From positions 22-64,021 of IMG/VR virus record IMGVR_UViG_3300024327_000005: a stretch of DNA of 64,000 nt; one strand, given 5' to 3'. The stretch comes from a virus. The translations under genes and the position numbers were made by a program. Under the pieces are notes generated by a model that had not been told where the DNA came from, made no database searches, and saw only the letters and a list, made by a program, of their open reading frames with translations. Positions 44,409-55,122 of this stretch are shown here, one piece after another. Within the stretch, counting starts at the first letter, position 1, and the number at the start of each line of letters is the position of its first letter.

Positions 44409-47117
44409 ATGGCTACAAGAAGAACTGACTTACGCAAAGGGGCAATTGACAGCTCTGTCATAACCCAGATTACAAATACCGTCATAGCACAAGTATCAGG
44501 ATCAATTGGTGCAACTGGACCTGCTGGTGCAACTGGACCTCAGGGGACCCAAGGTCAAGCTGGGGCACAAGGCTCACAAGGACCAACAGGCAATGTAGGT
44601 CCTGTGGGCCCCACAGGTGACAGTGGAATTCAAGGCTCACAAGGATCGACGGGCAACGATGGCTCTGTTGGGCCTCAAGGCCTCACTGGCGTTCAAGGAC
44701 CTACAGGCGATGCCGGTGCACAAGGAATCCAAGGCCCCCTGGGGCCTCAAGGTGCCACTGGAGACGATGGCGCTACAGGGCTTCAAGGTATTCAGGGAAT
44801 AACAGGCAACGACGGTGCTACAGGTCCTCAGGGCGTTCAAGGCGATACAGGGCCTCAAGGTGCTGCTGGAAATGATGGAGCTCAAGGTAATCCAGGTTCC
44901 ACTGGAGCTACTGGCCCACAGGGCGCCACTGGCGCTGACGGAATCGACGGAGCAACAGGGCCTCAAGGCGACACTGGCGCAACTGGTCCTACTGGCGCTA
45001 CGGGTCCACAAGGAGCAACAGGAACTAACGGTTCTAACGGAATCGACGGAGCTCAAGGCCCCACAGGGGCTCAAGGCGTTGACGGTCCACAAGGGATTCA
45101 AGGACCCGTTGGTGCCGATGGTGCAACTGGTGCTGACGGAGCAGTTGGACCCCAAGGGGCGACTGGCAACGATGGTGCTCAAGGCGTTGCTGGCCCAACA
45201 GGCGTTGCTGGCCCAACAGGCGCTGACGGAACCGACGGAGCAAATGGAGTGCAAGGCTCAACGGGTGATACTGGTGCAACAGGACCGGCAGGCGCAACTG
45301 GGTCAACTGGCCCCAGAGGCGACGCATTCGCTATAGACCAAACAGGAGTCTTAATCGAGAGTGCTATTAGTAGTATTCAGGCTACCTCTTCAATCACTGC
45401 ACAAAATCCATACTTCTTTGTTATCACTACTGACAGCAGATCTGATAGTAGTACGCCGAGTCCTTTAGCTGGCGATATGTCTGGACATCTTGTTGTCTAT
45501 GATGGGAGTGTTTGGTCTGATTTCGGTCAGTTTACAGGTACAAAAGGTGATACTGGCGATACGGGGACTCAAGGTCCCCAGGGAGCTCAGGGAGTTGTCG
45601 GTGCCACTGGAGCAGCAGGGAGCACAGGCCCTCAAGGTGACGTGGGTTCTACTGGTCCTGCAGGAGCAACTGGACCTCAAGGAATTCAAGGCGATACAGG
45701 TCCTCAAGGTGTTCAAGGTACCGCTGGGATCACAGGCCCTCAAGGAGCTACAGGATCTGCTGGGGCTGCTGGTAGTACCGGTCCTCAAGGGGACGCGGGT
45801 TCTACTGGACCAACAGGTGCAACAGGCCCACAAGGTGTGCAGGGTGATACAGGACCAACCGGACCGCAAGGCGACACTGGAGCTGCTGGACCAACAGGCA
45901 CTCAAGGCGTCCAGGGTCCCACTGGAGACACGGGCTCAACAGGATCTACTGGGGCCACAGGACTGCAAGGTGATACTGGGACGACCGGAAGTACCGGATC
46001 TCAAGGCCCCACCGGGGCAACAGGCCCTGTAGGAGCAACTGGATCTCAAGGAATTCAAGGGCCTCAAGGCGATGCTGGAGCTACAGGGTCCGTTGGGGCA
46101 ACAGGCCCTATAGGAAACACTGGCGTCCAAGGTCCCGCTGGAGACACGGGAACCCAGGGAGTAACAGGGCCTCAAGGCGACACCGGCGCTACAGGAGCGG
46201 CTGGAGCTACAGGACCGACCGGCGCTACAGGAGCGGCTGGTGCCGGTGCAAACAATGCAACTATTGCGACCACTCTTTCTACCCACAGTGGCTTTATAGC
46301 AAGCGTTGGGGATGACCTAGCAGCAGACACCAGCTTCCAAGCGAGCGTCAAAGGTGATACAGGGGCAACTGGACTCCAAGGGAGTATTGGGGCTACAGGA
46401 CCGCAAGGAGACCAGGGCCTCACTGGAGTAACAGGAGCTACTGGTCCTGTTGTGATTGCAACAGCAAGCATTCTTGGTGGTGTTAAGATTAATGGGAATA
46501 ACCTTTCTATTAATGCTTCTGGAGTCCTATCTTCTGAAGACACAGCGTTACATTCACAAGTTGATCAAATAGAAACAACTATAGGCTTAGCTACTGGAGG
46601 CACGTTAGGTTCTTGGGCCAATCATGCTAACTACAGTGTAGCAGCAACTGTTAAAGCAGCTATTGAAGGGGTTGATGAGCAAGTTAGGTTGCAAACAATT
46701 AACATAACTTCTCTTAACTCATTAGGAAATCTTCACGAAACTGCTATTGGGATTAGTTCTACAGGTAACTATGAAAGTAGAAGTGGCACAAACTATATAG
46801 ATAGCGCAACAGATGTTGTTGGAGAAGCTACTCTACTTGATGCGCAGGTTAAAACCAATGCAGATAATATTGATCTTTTAGAAATTAGAGGCGGCGGATT
46901 GCTTATGGAAACGACGACCGCGGGAATATATCTTCCAGATACAATAATGCTATCAAGTCATGCAGGGCCATTTAGGATTGATTTCGCACAAGCAATAGCG
47001 AATAGTGGTGCTGCCGATTTGACATTCTATGGAACCAAAGCAAAAACACACGAAGATCGACATTTTACAATAGACACCACAACTGGCGACATTACCTTTA
47101 CAGGTACTACACTTTAA
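44409..47117 (+). CDS. collagen-like fibre protein (~180 Gly-X-Y triplets in three blocks)
   Basis: GAT/GPQ/GPT triplets at about 44496-45323, 45538-46250 and 46352-46450; [15 protein letters not shown] linker. Confidence 0.92.
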   Translation: MATRRTDLRKGAIDSSVITQITNTVIAQVSGSIGATGPAGATGPQGTQGQAGAQGSQGPTGNVGPVGPTGDSGIQGSQGSTGNDGSVGPQGLTGVQGPTGDAGAQGIQGPLGPQGATGDDGATGLQGIQGITGNDGATGPQGVQGDTGPQGAAGNDGAQGNPGSTGATGPQGATGADGIDGATGPQGDTGATGPTGATGPQGATGTNGSNGIDGAQGPTGAQGVDGPQGIQGPVGADGATGADGAVGPQGATGNDGAQGVAGPTGVAGPTGADGTDGANGVQGSTGDTGATGPAGATGSTGPRGDAFAIDQTGVLIESAISSIQATSSITAQNPYFFVITTDSRSDSSTPSPLAGDMSGHLVVYDGSVWSDFGQFTGTKGDTGDTGTQGPQGAQGVVGATGAAGSTGPQGDVGSTGPAGATGPQGIQGDTGPQGVQGTAGITGPQGATGSAGAAGSTGPQGDAGSTGPTGATGPQGVQGDTGPTGPQGDTGAAGPTGTQGVQGPTGDTGSTGSTGATGLQGDTGTTGSTGSQGPTGATGPVGATGSQGIQGPQGDAGATGSVGATGPIGNTGVQGPAGDTGTQGVTGPQGDTGATGAAGATGPTGATGAAGAGANNATIATTLSTHSGFIASVGDDLAADTSFQASVKGDTGATGLQGSIGATGPQGDQGLTGVTGATGPVVIATASILGGVKINGNNLSINASGVLSSEDTALHSQVDQIETTIGLATGGTLGSWANHANYSVAATVKAAIEGVDEQVRLQTINITSLNSLGNLHETAIGISSTGNYESRSGTNYIDSATDVVGEATLLDAQVKTNADNIDLLEIRGGGLLMETTTAGIYLPDTIMLSSHAGPFRIDFAQAIANSGAADLTFYGTKAKTHEDRHFTIDTTTGDITFTGTTL

Positions 47118-47149
47118 ATTAAAAACTTTATATTGCAGGAGAGATTACC

Positions 47150-50100
47150 ATGGCAAAAATAAAACCTGAAACATCCGGAGATCATGACCTCGGAGACAGC
47201 TCCTTTAAGTGGGGCGCCGTGCACACGGTGCACGTCGAAACAGAAACCTTGACTACCTCTGGGAATCTTGTTGTAGGCGGTACGCTAACCGTAACCGGAT
47301 CAAACATTGTTGCTGAAGTGACAACTATAGCAGCAGAAGATCCGCTTATAAGTCTTGCAAAAGACAATACTGGCGATGTATTCGATATCGGATTCTATGG
47401 AAAAGCTGTTAATGGTTCTTCTGAAACCGATTATCATGGTTTTGTTAGAGCTGCATCTGATGGTAAATTCAAAATCTTTAAAAATGCGTCTGCCGAACCT
47501 ACTACAACTGTAGGCTCCCATGAAGTAGCCACGCTTGTGGCTGATCTTGAAGTTCCTAACGGAAGCTCTCTAAAAGTTCCTCAAGCCAATGGGACTCCAA
47601 TAGATTACATTACTGCTGTAACTTTAGGTACTGCTCAGGCTAATAAAGTTCTTACTGTAGACAATAGTAAAAATCTCACTGGAATTAATAATATCACTGC
47701 TTCTGGTACGATCCAAGCTGGTAATGTTTTGATTTCAGGAAGCGCAATTAGCACTTCTGGAGGTGCAGCTCCTTCTTTTGAAGAAGTTGCTATCACTGGT
47801 GGCTCTATTGATGGTACAACTATTGGTGGTACAACTGCAGCTGCTGTTACTGCGACTACTTTAAGTGCAAGTAGTGCTACTGTTAGCGGTACAACAACTT
47901 TGCAAGGAGCAGTTACGCTAGGCAATGCTGCTGCAGACGATATTACCGTAACAGGTAGTCTTGCATCTAGTGTAGTTCCAAAAGTAGATGGAACTCATGA
48001 TCTGGGTACTAATGCACTAAGAATGCGCCATGTCTATTCAGACAACATTACAGCAACTACTATCAATGCATTTGCTGCTGGTGGGGCTGTAAATTTCAAT
48101 AATCAAGATATGACTAATGTAAAAATTACTAGTGGTAGTATTTCTGGTTCCGACGTTACTGTTGGCGTAGGTAAGACTCTCAACGTTTCAGCTGGCACTA
48201 TTACTTTTGCTGCAGGCCAAGTCTCTAATACTGATTTAGCTACGATTAATACTGCTGGTAAAGTTTCACTTGGTGCTTTAGATATTGATGGTGCGGATGA
48301 AATGGACGCTGCTATCGCTGATGCCGACCTGCTCATTATTGATGATGGTGGCAACGGTATAGAAAAATCTATGTTAGCATCTCGCATCCCCACTTATGTT
48401 ATTTCAAAACTAAGCGGTGGAACTGGCGTTGCCCATCTTAATGGTACGTTTAGTATCGGTCAAGCAGTTGCGACTACTGATGATGTTACTTTTAGTACTG
48501 TCACTGCAACTACTTTTTCTGGTGTAGTAACTAGCATCTCTAATCATACAACTCAAAATCTCACAGAGCATTCTGACAACAAGTATTACACTGATGAAAG
48601 AGTAGACGATAGAGTTAGTGAGTTACTAAGCGACGGCCAAGCAATTGGTCTTAGTTATGCTGACAATGGAGCTGGAGCTTTAACAATTGCAGTCGATACT
48701 GCTACTGCTTCAACTTTAGGTGTAGCTTCTTTTTCAGGTGACAACTTCCTTGTTTCAAGTGGTGCTGTAACTATCAAGGATGGCGGTATTGCAAATGCTG
48801 AGTTAGCTCAAAGCGCCATGAGTATTGCAGGTCAATCAGTTTCACTTGGCGCTAGTATTACTGCAGCATCTATAGCTGCTGCTATCGGTGGCGAAGCTAT
48901 GGAATTAACAGCTGTTACCGATCTTGATAGTCCTCAAAGTAACTTGACAATCTTTAACACTAATAATGCTAGTCGTACACTTACGATAGGTGCTGTAAAT
49001 GGTACTATTGCGATTCCAGGTGATCTTGATCTTACAGGAGATATGAAAGACGATCTCAATCTTGTAGCAACAAAGAAGTATCAGATTGCTGGTACTGATG
49101 TTTTGTCTGCCACTACTCTCGGAAGCGGTGTTGTCGCTTCTAGCCTTACTTCAGTAGGTGCTCTTGCCTCAGGTAGTATTGCTTCTGGTTTTGGAACCAT
49201 CTCTACTGCAAGTAATATCTCTACTACTCAAGTTATTAATTTAGCTACAGACGCAGATATAGACGGCTATTCCGCAGACAGTGCAACCGGCAGACTTACT
49301 TTAGGCACGAGTAACGATCTAAGCCTTTATCATGGTGGAACTAATTCTTATATTGTCAATAAAGTTGGCGAACTTCGGCTTGACGCTCCTTTTTCTAGTG
49401 AGATTTCACTCTCTATAGCTGGTGCTGAAGAGGCGCATATCGATGCTGACGGTATCGATCTTGCTAGTGGTAATGACTACAGAATTAATAATGCGTCTGT
49501 ACTTTCAGCTACTACTCTCGGTTCAGGTGTAGTTGCTTCAAGCTTGACTACTGTGGGTGCTTTGGATTCAGGTAGTATTACTAATGGATTCACGTCCATT
49601 GATGTTGGTTCAGGTGCAATCACAACAACTGGAACTCTTACTGGGGGAATCCTGGCGGTTGATGATATTCAGATTAACGGATCTAATATTGGGCACACCG
49701 ATGATATTGACCTGCTTACTGTTGCAAGTGGAACCCTTACTGTTGCAGGGCGTGTAGATTTAACTACACTCGCTATTGGTAGTACTGATATTACTGCTGA
49801 CGCAACTGAACTGAATTATGTTGATGGAGTTACAAGTAACATCCAAACACAGCTTGATGCTAAAGCTCCAGCGGCCAATCCAATCTTCTCAGGCACCATT
49901 ACTTTTGGTAACGCAGTGATTAGCGAAGCAGAGCTAGAAATTCTCGACGGTGCGTTAATTTCCACTACCGAACTAAATCATCTTAACAATGCTTCTGGCT
50001 CTATCCAGACACAGCTTGATGCTAAACAAGGCCTAAACACTCAACTTACTACGCTTTCAACCAGCCTGACAGCAGCTGTTGCCACAGAGCTTGTTGCGTT

Positions 50101-50740
50101 AGCCGATGGGGAGATTGAAGTTCTTGATGGCGCAACTCCTGGTTCAGCAGTTGCAAGTAAAGCTCTTGTGGTCAATGGTTCTAAAAACATTGGCACTCTC
50201 GGTACTGTTACTCTTGGTACTCTTACTGATGGTACTGCTACTTTGACTGGCGGTGCACTAACCAGCTTAACAAAGCTTACTGTAGACAATTTGCAATTAA
50301 ACGCCAATGATCTTAAATCTACCTCTGGTGATTTAAATCTAAACTCTGCAAGTGGTGACGTTAAAATAGCAGCTGGAGTTGATCTTACATTATTGTCTGG
50401 GGGTAATATTACTGCTGATGGCAATGTTAGCATTAACGGTCTTTTGGAAACTGATGGAGTTAGACGAAAAACTTTAATCAAAACCGATTCTTATACTATT
50501 GTTGGTGACGACCATACTATTCTATTCAACGTAGAGTCGGATAGTACTTGCACTTTGGCTACTTCTAACGATTCCGACATGGTTTCTAAAGAGTATGTAA
50601 TCAAAAATGTGGGCTCAAATACTATAACTTTTGCTTCCACCAGTCAGATTGATGGAAGCCCTGCTTCCAACACTACGCTTACTGCAGGACAAAAAATAAA
50701 AGTTATAGGTACAGCAGCATTTGGTTGGCAGTCAATTTAA
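47150..50740 (+). CDS. large tail-fibre or virion fibre-like protein with internal repeats
   Basis: P....HDLG....W motif twice; VLSATTLGSGVVASSLT twice; TELN....IQTQLDAK twice; T/G/S/A-rich. Confidence 0.7.
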   Translation: MAKIKPETSGDHDLGDSSFKWGAVHTVHVETETLTTSGNLVVGGTLTVTGSNIVAEVTTIAAEDPLISLAKDNTGDVFDIGFYGKAVNGSSETDYHGFVRAASDGKFKIFKNASAEPTTTVGSHEVATLVADLEVPNGSSLKVPQANGTPIDYITAVTLGTAQANKVLTVDNSKNLTGINNITASGTIQAGNVLISGSAISTSGGAAPSFEEVAITGGSIDGTTIGGTTAAAVTATTLSASSATVSGTTTLQGAVTLGNAAADDITVTGSLASSVVPKVDGTHDLGTNALRMRHVYSDNITATTINAFAAGGAVNFNNQDMTNVKITSGSISGSDVTVGVGKTLNVSAGTITFAAGQVSNTDLATINTAGKVSLGALDIDGADEMDAAIADADLLIIDDGGNGIEKSMLASRIPTYVISKLSGGTGVAHLNGTFSIGQAVATTDDVTFSTVTATTFSGVVTSISNHTTQNLTEHSDNKYYTDERVDDRVSELLSDGQAIGLSYADNGAGALTIAVDTATASTLGVASFSGDNFLVSSGAVTIKDGGIANAELAQSAMSIAGQSVSLGASITAASIAAAIGGEAMELTAVTDLDSPQSNLTIFNTNNASRTLTIGAVNGTIAIPGDLDLTGDMKDDLNLVATKKYQIAGTDVLSATTLGSGVVASSLTSVGALASGSIASGFGTISTASNISTTQVINLATDADIDGYSADSATGRLTLGTSNDLSLYHGGTNSYIVNKVGELRLDAPFSSEISLSIAGAEEAHIDADGIDLASGNDYRINNASVLSATTLGSGVVASSLTTVGALDSGSITNGFTSIDVGSGAITTTGTLTGGILAVDDIQINGSNIGHTDDIDLLTVASGTLTVAGRVDLTTLAIGSTDITADATELNYVDGVTSNIQTQLDAKAPAANPIFSGTITFGNAVISEAELEILDGALISTTELNHLNNASGSIQTQLDAKQGLNTQLTTLSTSLTAAVATELVALADGEIEVLDGATPGSAVASKALVVNGSKNIGTLGTVTLGTLTDGTATLTGGALTSLTKLTVDNLQLNANDLKSTSGDLNLNSASGDVKIAAGVDLTLLSGGNITADGNVSINGLLETDGVRRKTLIKTDSYTIVGDDHTILFNVESDSTCTLATSNDSDMVSKEYVIKNVGSNTITFASTSQIDGSPASNTTLTAGQKIKVIGTAAFGWQSI

Positions 50741-50787
50741 TTAAAGTAATCAACACACAGTAATATAAAGTAATCTTTTAGTTTTGA

Positions 50788-50822
50788 GGGGTAGTTCGCA
50801 TTGGCGGGCTACCCCTTTTTTT
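50788..50822 (+). terminator. intrinsic terminator closing the fibre cassette
   Basis: GGGGTAGTTCGC-ATTG-GCGGGCTACCCC followed by T7. Confidence 0.85.
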
Positions 50823-50842
50823 ATATATAAAGGAAAAGAAAA

Positions 50843-51079
50843 ATGTTCGACTCGTTTCAAGAAGCACTAGAAGGTGCTCTACAGTGGACGAAATGGCACG
50901 GCCTAACCATCAAGTCTATAAAGACTTATAGAATAGAGCCACACGAATTCTACTCAACAGAATTCACTACAACAACTAACAAAAGTTATGTCTGTACTTG
51001 GGAGAGCTCTCAAGTAACATTCATTGAAATACCCAACGAAACCTCAAGGAACCTAAATGCGTATAGTCGCAACCTATGA
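50843..51079 (+). CDS. small hypothetical protein
   Basis: RBS AAGGA; 78 aa. Confidence 0.55.
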   Translation: MFDSFQEALEGALQWTKWHGLTIKSIKTYRIEPHEFYSTEFTTTTNKSYVCTWESSQVTFIEIPNETSRNLNAYSRNL

Positions 51080-51284
51080 AAACCCAAAATTCTGTAATCT
51101 TGCAGATATTGACAACTATAAAAACAAATTCAATTTCGATGGATTTGAAACCACAACTATTTATGCTTCTAGCTTAGTAGACCTAAAGCGACAAGTGAAC
51201 TTAACAAGACTTCAAAGAGCCTCTCAAAGAGGCTCTAGCAGGCCCTTAAAGTTAAGTGATTTAACCATTAGAATAAAGGATTAA
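51057..51284 (+). CDS. small hypothetical protein
   Basis: 75-aa ORF. Confidence 0.5.
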   Translation: MRIVATYENPKFCNLADIDNYKNKFNFDGFETTTIYASSLVDLKRQVNLTRLQRASQRGSSRPLKLSDLTIRIKD

Positions 51285-51287
51285 CTT

Positions 51288-51401
51288 ATGAAAATAATTT
51301 CAAAGGAGTACCTTGGAGAAGAAGAAGTTTATGATATTGGTGTAGCTTCTTTGGAAGGCAATCATAACTTTGTTCTCGAGAATGGAATTATAGCTTCTAA
51401 T
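51288..51401 (+). other. split intein C-half (38 aa)
   Basis: MKIISKEYLGEEEVYDIGV...HNFVLENGIIASN then Cys+1; compare Npu MIKIATRKYLGKQNVYDIGVERDHNFALKNGFIASN. Confidence 0.93.
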
Positions 51402-52550
51402 TGCTTTAATAAAGCACATAGCGTTAGCTACTCCATACTCACTTATGTAAGCGCGTATATGAAGACGCATTACCCTGTGGAGTTTTTTACTGCGTTGATG
51501 TCCACAAGAAGTAAAACTTTACAGCCTAAATCCTGGGCAATTAAAGCTCCTGAATACATTCAAGAAGCTAAAAAGTTTGGTGTGCATGTGTATCCGCCAT
51601 TTGTTAATCAAAGCGGATACGAATTCACAATCAGTGATGGCGAGATATACTTTGGGCTCAATGCAATCAGAGACGTCGGCAAGACTGCTGCTCGTATGAT
51701 TATTAAAGCTCGACAAAAAACACCCTTTAAATCTGTTAAAGATTTTATTTCAAGAATTAACCTTCAAAAAGTAAATACAAAAACGTTCGATGCTCTTGTT
51801 AAGGCTGGTGCCTTCGATAAGCTAGGTTACGATAGAGCAGGACTTCTAGAGAAGTGCCCTTTAATTTACGCATACGTAAGAGATCTTGAAGACTACAAGC
51901 AGCGCCAGTTAGACGTTGTGGAGCGAGACAATTACAACAACCAAGTTGTTCCGCTTATAGAGCGTAGAAACTTTCTTAGAAAAGAACTTAAGAAAATACA
52001 GAACAGAATTGATAAAGATAAAGTAAAAGAGAATGACATAGACAATTTTCATCTCATGTCTGAGGAACTAGAACCATTAGAAGCTGAGAACTTAAAGAAA
52101 AAAGTCTCTCTAAAGCCGAAAGAGAAGCCTGAGTTCCCCGAACTTCTTAAGTCAGATTCTATTGAGCTAGGTATGGAAGAGATATTAAATCAAGCAAATT
52201 ACATTGGTTGTTACATTGGTGGACACCCACTAGATTTGATATCAATTAAAAAAGACGACCTGGATTCATTAGAGGAAGGTGACTACGCTAACGTCGCTGG
52301 TGTCATCCTTTCTATGAAAGAGATTACAACAAGAAAAAACAAACAGATGGCTTTCGTTGAAATTAATGATAAAACTAGTTCAGCTGAAATTGTTATTTTT
52401 CCACAGCTATGGAAAAAAGTTTCAAGTCTAGGCTTAAAAGAAACTACAATCGTTACCTGCAAGGTAAAGGTTGAGCAAGTTGAGCCAGATATAAAGCTTA
52501 TTTTAAATTCAATTAATATTTATAAGGACTTTTATGAGATGGACTCCTGA
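51288..52550 (+). CDS. dnaE: DnaE part 3: split-intein IntC fused to C-terminal fingers, HhH and OB domains
   Basis: IASN|CFNKAH, HYPVEF, FGLNAIRDVG, KAGAFD, IGGHPLD, MAFVEINDKTSSAEIVIFP. Confidence 0.92.
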   Translation: MKIISKEYLGEEEVYDIGVASLEGNHNFVLENGIIASNCFNKAHSVSYSILTYVSAYMKTHYPVEFFTALMSTRSKTLQPKSWAIKAPEYIQEAKKFGVHVYPPFVNQSGYEFTISDGEIYFGLNAIRDVGKTAARMIIKARQKTPFKSVKDFISRINLQKVNTKTFDALVKAGAFDKLGYDRAGLLEKCPLIYAYVRDLEDYKQRQLDVVERDNYNNQVVPLIERRNFLRKELKKIQNRIDKDKVKENDIDNFHLMSEELEPLEAENLKKKVSLKPKEKPEFPELLKSDSIELGMEEILNQANYIGCYIGGHPLDLISIKKDDLDSLEEGDYANVAGVILSMKEITTRKNKQMAFVEINDKTSSAEIVIFPQLWKKVSSLGLKETTIVTCKVKVEQVEPDIKLILNSINIYKDFYEMDS

Positions 52551-53598
52551 AGAAGAATACCTATTGCAACTATTTACTGGTGAAAAAACCTTTAAAGAAA
52601 TTGCTGAATTAATCTGCCTAAAACATGAGCAAGGAACTCCTGGCTTTCCAGTGAAGCGAACCTTCGACGCAGTAAGAACTAAAATTTCTCGAAAAGATAA
52701 TTCAAAAGTATCTCAAACTTACGACAATGCATGGAAGAATATTATTGACACCGCTAAGGAGTTCAGGTCTAAAAGCTCTAAGTTAGAGCTAGGGCTTAGC
52801 ACTTCAAAAGCCAGAAAAATAATATCTTTCAGTGATCTGCACATACCATTCTTCCTCTGGGAAGATATGAAAGCAGCACTTGATAAGCATAAAGACGCTG
52901 ATATTGTAGTTCTGAATGGGGACATCCTTGATGCCTACATGTTCAGCACCTTCAGTAAGACTAAAAGTATTGCTGCAATAAAAGAATACATTGCTGCATT
53001 CGACTTAGTACACTATCTGTCGAATAACTTTCCCACGGTGGTTATGGTCTCTGGGAACCATGATTATAGAACTACTAGAGCGATAAAACAAAGTGGACTA
53101 TCAAGCGATGTTATGAAAGTCTACCGTCCAGACCTTTTGTCACGCATTGCTGCAGGAGAAAAATTAAACACTTTTGGTGAATTAGAAACTATCGTAGATT
53201 TCAAGAACGTTCATTATCAAAAATACGACTCGTGGTACGTCCGAATTGGAAAAACTATCTTCTGTCATCCAAGTGGATTCGGAAGCAAATACCCAGGCGC
53301 AACCGTAGTTAAACTTCACGATCACTTTTCACAACGTATGGATTCTAGCGATTTTGATTCTATCGTTGTGGGTCACACACATAAGGTGTACAAGGGTGTT
53401 ATCTCTGGAAAGCTCCTTATCGAACAAGGCGCAATGGCGCATAAACTCCCCTATCAATTCAGAGCAGATCTAAGATTTAAAAATGCAATGAATGGCTACG
53501 CCATCGTTTATCAAGATTCAGATGGCAACACAAACTTTAACGACTCCACTCCTATTTATTTAGGATCACATTTACCCACAAAAAAAGGCGTAATCTAA
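52534..53598 (+). CDS. calcineurin-like metallophosphoesterase with N-terminal Myb/HTH-like domain
   Basis: WTPEEE..KEIA; SDLH, NGDILD, GNHD, FCHP, GHTH. Confidence 0.85.
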   Translation: MRWTPEEEYLLQLFTGEKTFKEIAELICLKHEQGTPGFPVKRTFDAVRTKISRKDNSKVSQTYDNAWKNIIDTAKEFRSKSSKLELGLSTSKARKIISFSDLHIPFFLWEDMKAALDKHKDADIVVLNGDILDAYMFSTFSKTKSIAAIKEYIAAFDLVHYLSNNFPTVVMVSGNHDYRTTRAIKQSGLSSDVMKVYRPDLLSRIAAGEKLNTFGELETIVDFKNVHYQKYDSWYVRIGKTIFCHPSGFGSKYPGATVVKLHDHFSQRMDSSDFDSIVVGHTHKVYKGVISGKLLIEQGAMAHKLPYQFRADLRFKNAMNGYAIVYQDSDGNTNFNDSTPIYLGSHLPTKKGVI

Positions 53599-53600
53599 AC

Positions 53601-53912
53601 ATGTCAAACGACGAACTAGACCCTAACGTTCAAGAACAACCAGTACCCTTCGGATTCTTAATCCCTCTCTCTCAAGCTCTTGAAGCTAGAATCGACTATA
53701 ACTTCAATTCCATGATTCAATTATCTCTACTCGTGGAGTATCTCTATCAGGAACTTGAAGGCAAAGACATTGAAATTGAAATGGGAGATAAATTTCAAGC
53801 TTTCCAAGATGAACGAGTAAAGGAAATAAAAACTCAGTTCGAACTTCAAAAGACTGAAGCCGAGGCCGAAGCTGAGATAGCTGAATCAAAAATAAACTTA
53901 AAGGATAATTAA
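53601..53912 (+). CDS. hypothetical acidic protein
   Basis: 103-aa ORF. Confidence 0.6.
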   Translation: MSNDELDPNVQEQPVPFGFLIPLSQALEARIDYNFNSMIQLSLLVEYLYQELEGKDIEIEMGDKFQAFQDERVKEIKTQFELQKTEAEAEAEIAESKINLKDN

Positions 53913-54962
53913 ATGACTTGGTCCTTTATCAAGCATGTCTCTCAGTACTTAGAACGCCCTAAGTTAGGGGAGCAAAAAGCTCCCACCTTGTGGCCTAGCT
54001 CCGCAACAGCAGTAGTAGACGGGGCTCCCGTAGGGAAATGCCGAAGGCAGGCTTTCTTTAGATTCGCTAAAGATAATTATTATTTTGATAAGAAATACGA
54101 TCACCTAAAGCCTCTCGTTGACCTTGTTAACGAATATAAGACGCCTACAGACAAATACATGCGTTGGATTTGGATCCAAGGTGAATTGTATGAAGAGTAT
54201 TGTATCAATATGGCGAAAGAGTCAGGGATCTATATTGGCTCTCAAGTTAGTATATATGTCCCTGGCTATAATATTTCCGGCAAGATCGACCTAATTGTAG
54301 TTGATCCAGAAACAACCAATCTTCACATTGTTGAAGTTAAATCGGTTTACGGATTTAATGCTAATAGTGTTCTTGGCACTGATTCTCAACATAAGAAGGG
54401 TCTTATTGGCACCCCCAGAGAATCACATTTAATGCAATTAGGAATCTATCAATGGTGGTACGGCAACAGTAATGAGGAATTTGGTGCTGCGTTACTTACA
54501 TATGGTGCTCGTGACACTGGTCGTTTCGCTGAATACATGATTACTGTTGAAAAAGGCGACGACGACCTTGATTATATTTTCTACCAAGGTCACACTCCAA
54601 TCACTACCAAGAAGGTTAATTCTAACATCACAATTCAAAGCATCTTAGAAAACTACAAGCTGCTTTCTGATTGTCTTGAAAGTGAAAAGGGCGAAATACC
54701 CGCAGCTGATTATGAGCTGCTCTTCACTCAAGAGAAGATAGCTCAACTGCATGAACAAGGGCTGCTTAGCAAAACCGATGCGACTCAATACGAGAAGCGA
54801 AAGAAGCAGCTGGAGGAAGGCAAAAACCGAGTCGTTAAGCCCGTTCAAAAAGGCGACTGGCAGTGCCGCTTCTGTGATTATAAGTATATCTGCCACGAAG
54901 AAGACGGCACTCAAAAAGAGTTCTCGCTACAAGATTTACAAGGCGAGAACGGCGAATCGTAA
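53913..54962 (+). CDS. Cas4-like PD-(D/E)XK exonuclease (solo, no CRISPR array)
   Basis: PSS...CRRQ, GKIDL, VEVKS, QLGIY, CRFCDYKYIC (four-Cys cluster). Confidence 0.8.
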   Translation: MTWSFIKHVSQYLERPKLGEQKAPTLWPSSATAVVDGAPVGKCRRQAFFRFAKDNYYFDKKYDHLKPLVDLVNEYKTPTDKYMRWIWIQGELYEEYCINMAKESGIYIGSQVSIYVPGYNISGKIDLIVVDPETTNLHIVEVKSVYGFNANSVLGTDSQHKKGLIGTPRESHLMQLGIYQWWYGNSNEEFGAALLTYGARDTGRFAEYMITVEKGDDDLDYIFYQGHTPITTKKVNSNITIQSILENYKLLSDCLESEKGEIPAADYELLFTQEKIAQLHEQGLLSKTDATQYEKRKKQLEEGKNRVVKPVQKGDWQCRFCDYKYICHEEDGTQKEFSLQDLQGENGES

Positions 54963-55122
54963 CGGGGGTCCGCAATCATAACAAAGAGTTATGTGTTGTG
55001 AGCTTCCTTATTGAACAAATTAGTATTAGAAAAATGTAAATTTTACAGCTATACCTCAAAACGCTTTTAGAAAAGCTATACCCAGCTACGCAATAAGTAG
55101 CCTCCTCTTGAAAAGGAAATAA

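Noticed and set aside
45316-45324. RGD integrin-binding motif in the collagen protein
   Set aside because: A single expected Gly-X-Y junction; no evidence for a eukaryotic target.
44409-46550. Many overlapping ORFs on both strands and short DNA repeats that could suggest a CRISPR array or overlapping genes
   Set aside because: They are shadows of Gly-X-Y codon periodicity in the collagen gene; there is no constant repeat with unique spacers.
53913-54962. Cas4-like gene as part of a CRISPR-Cas system
   Set aside because: No cas1/cas2 or array in the window; solo Cas4-like exonucleases are common phage recombination nucleases.
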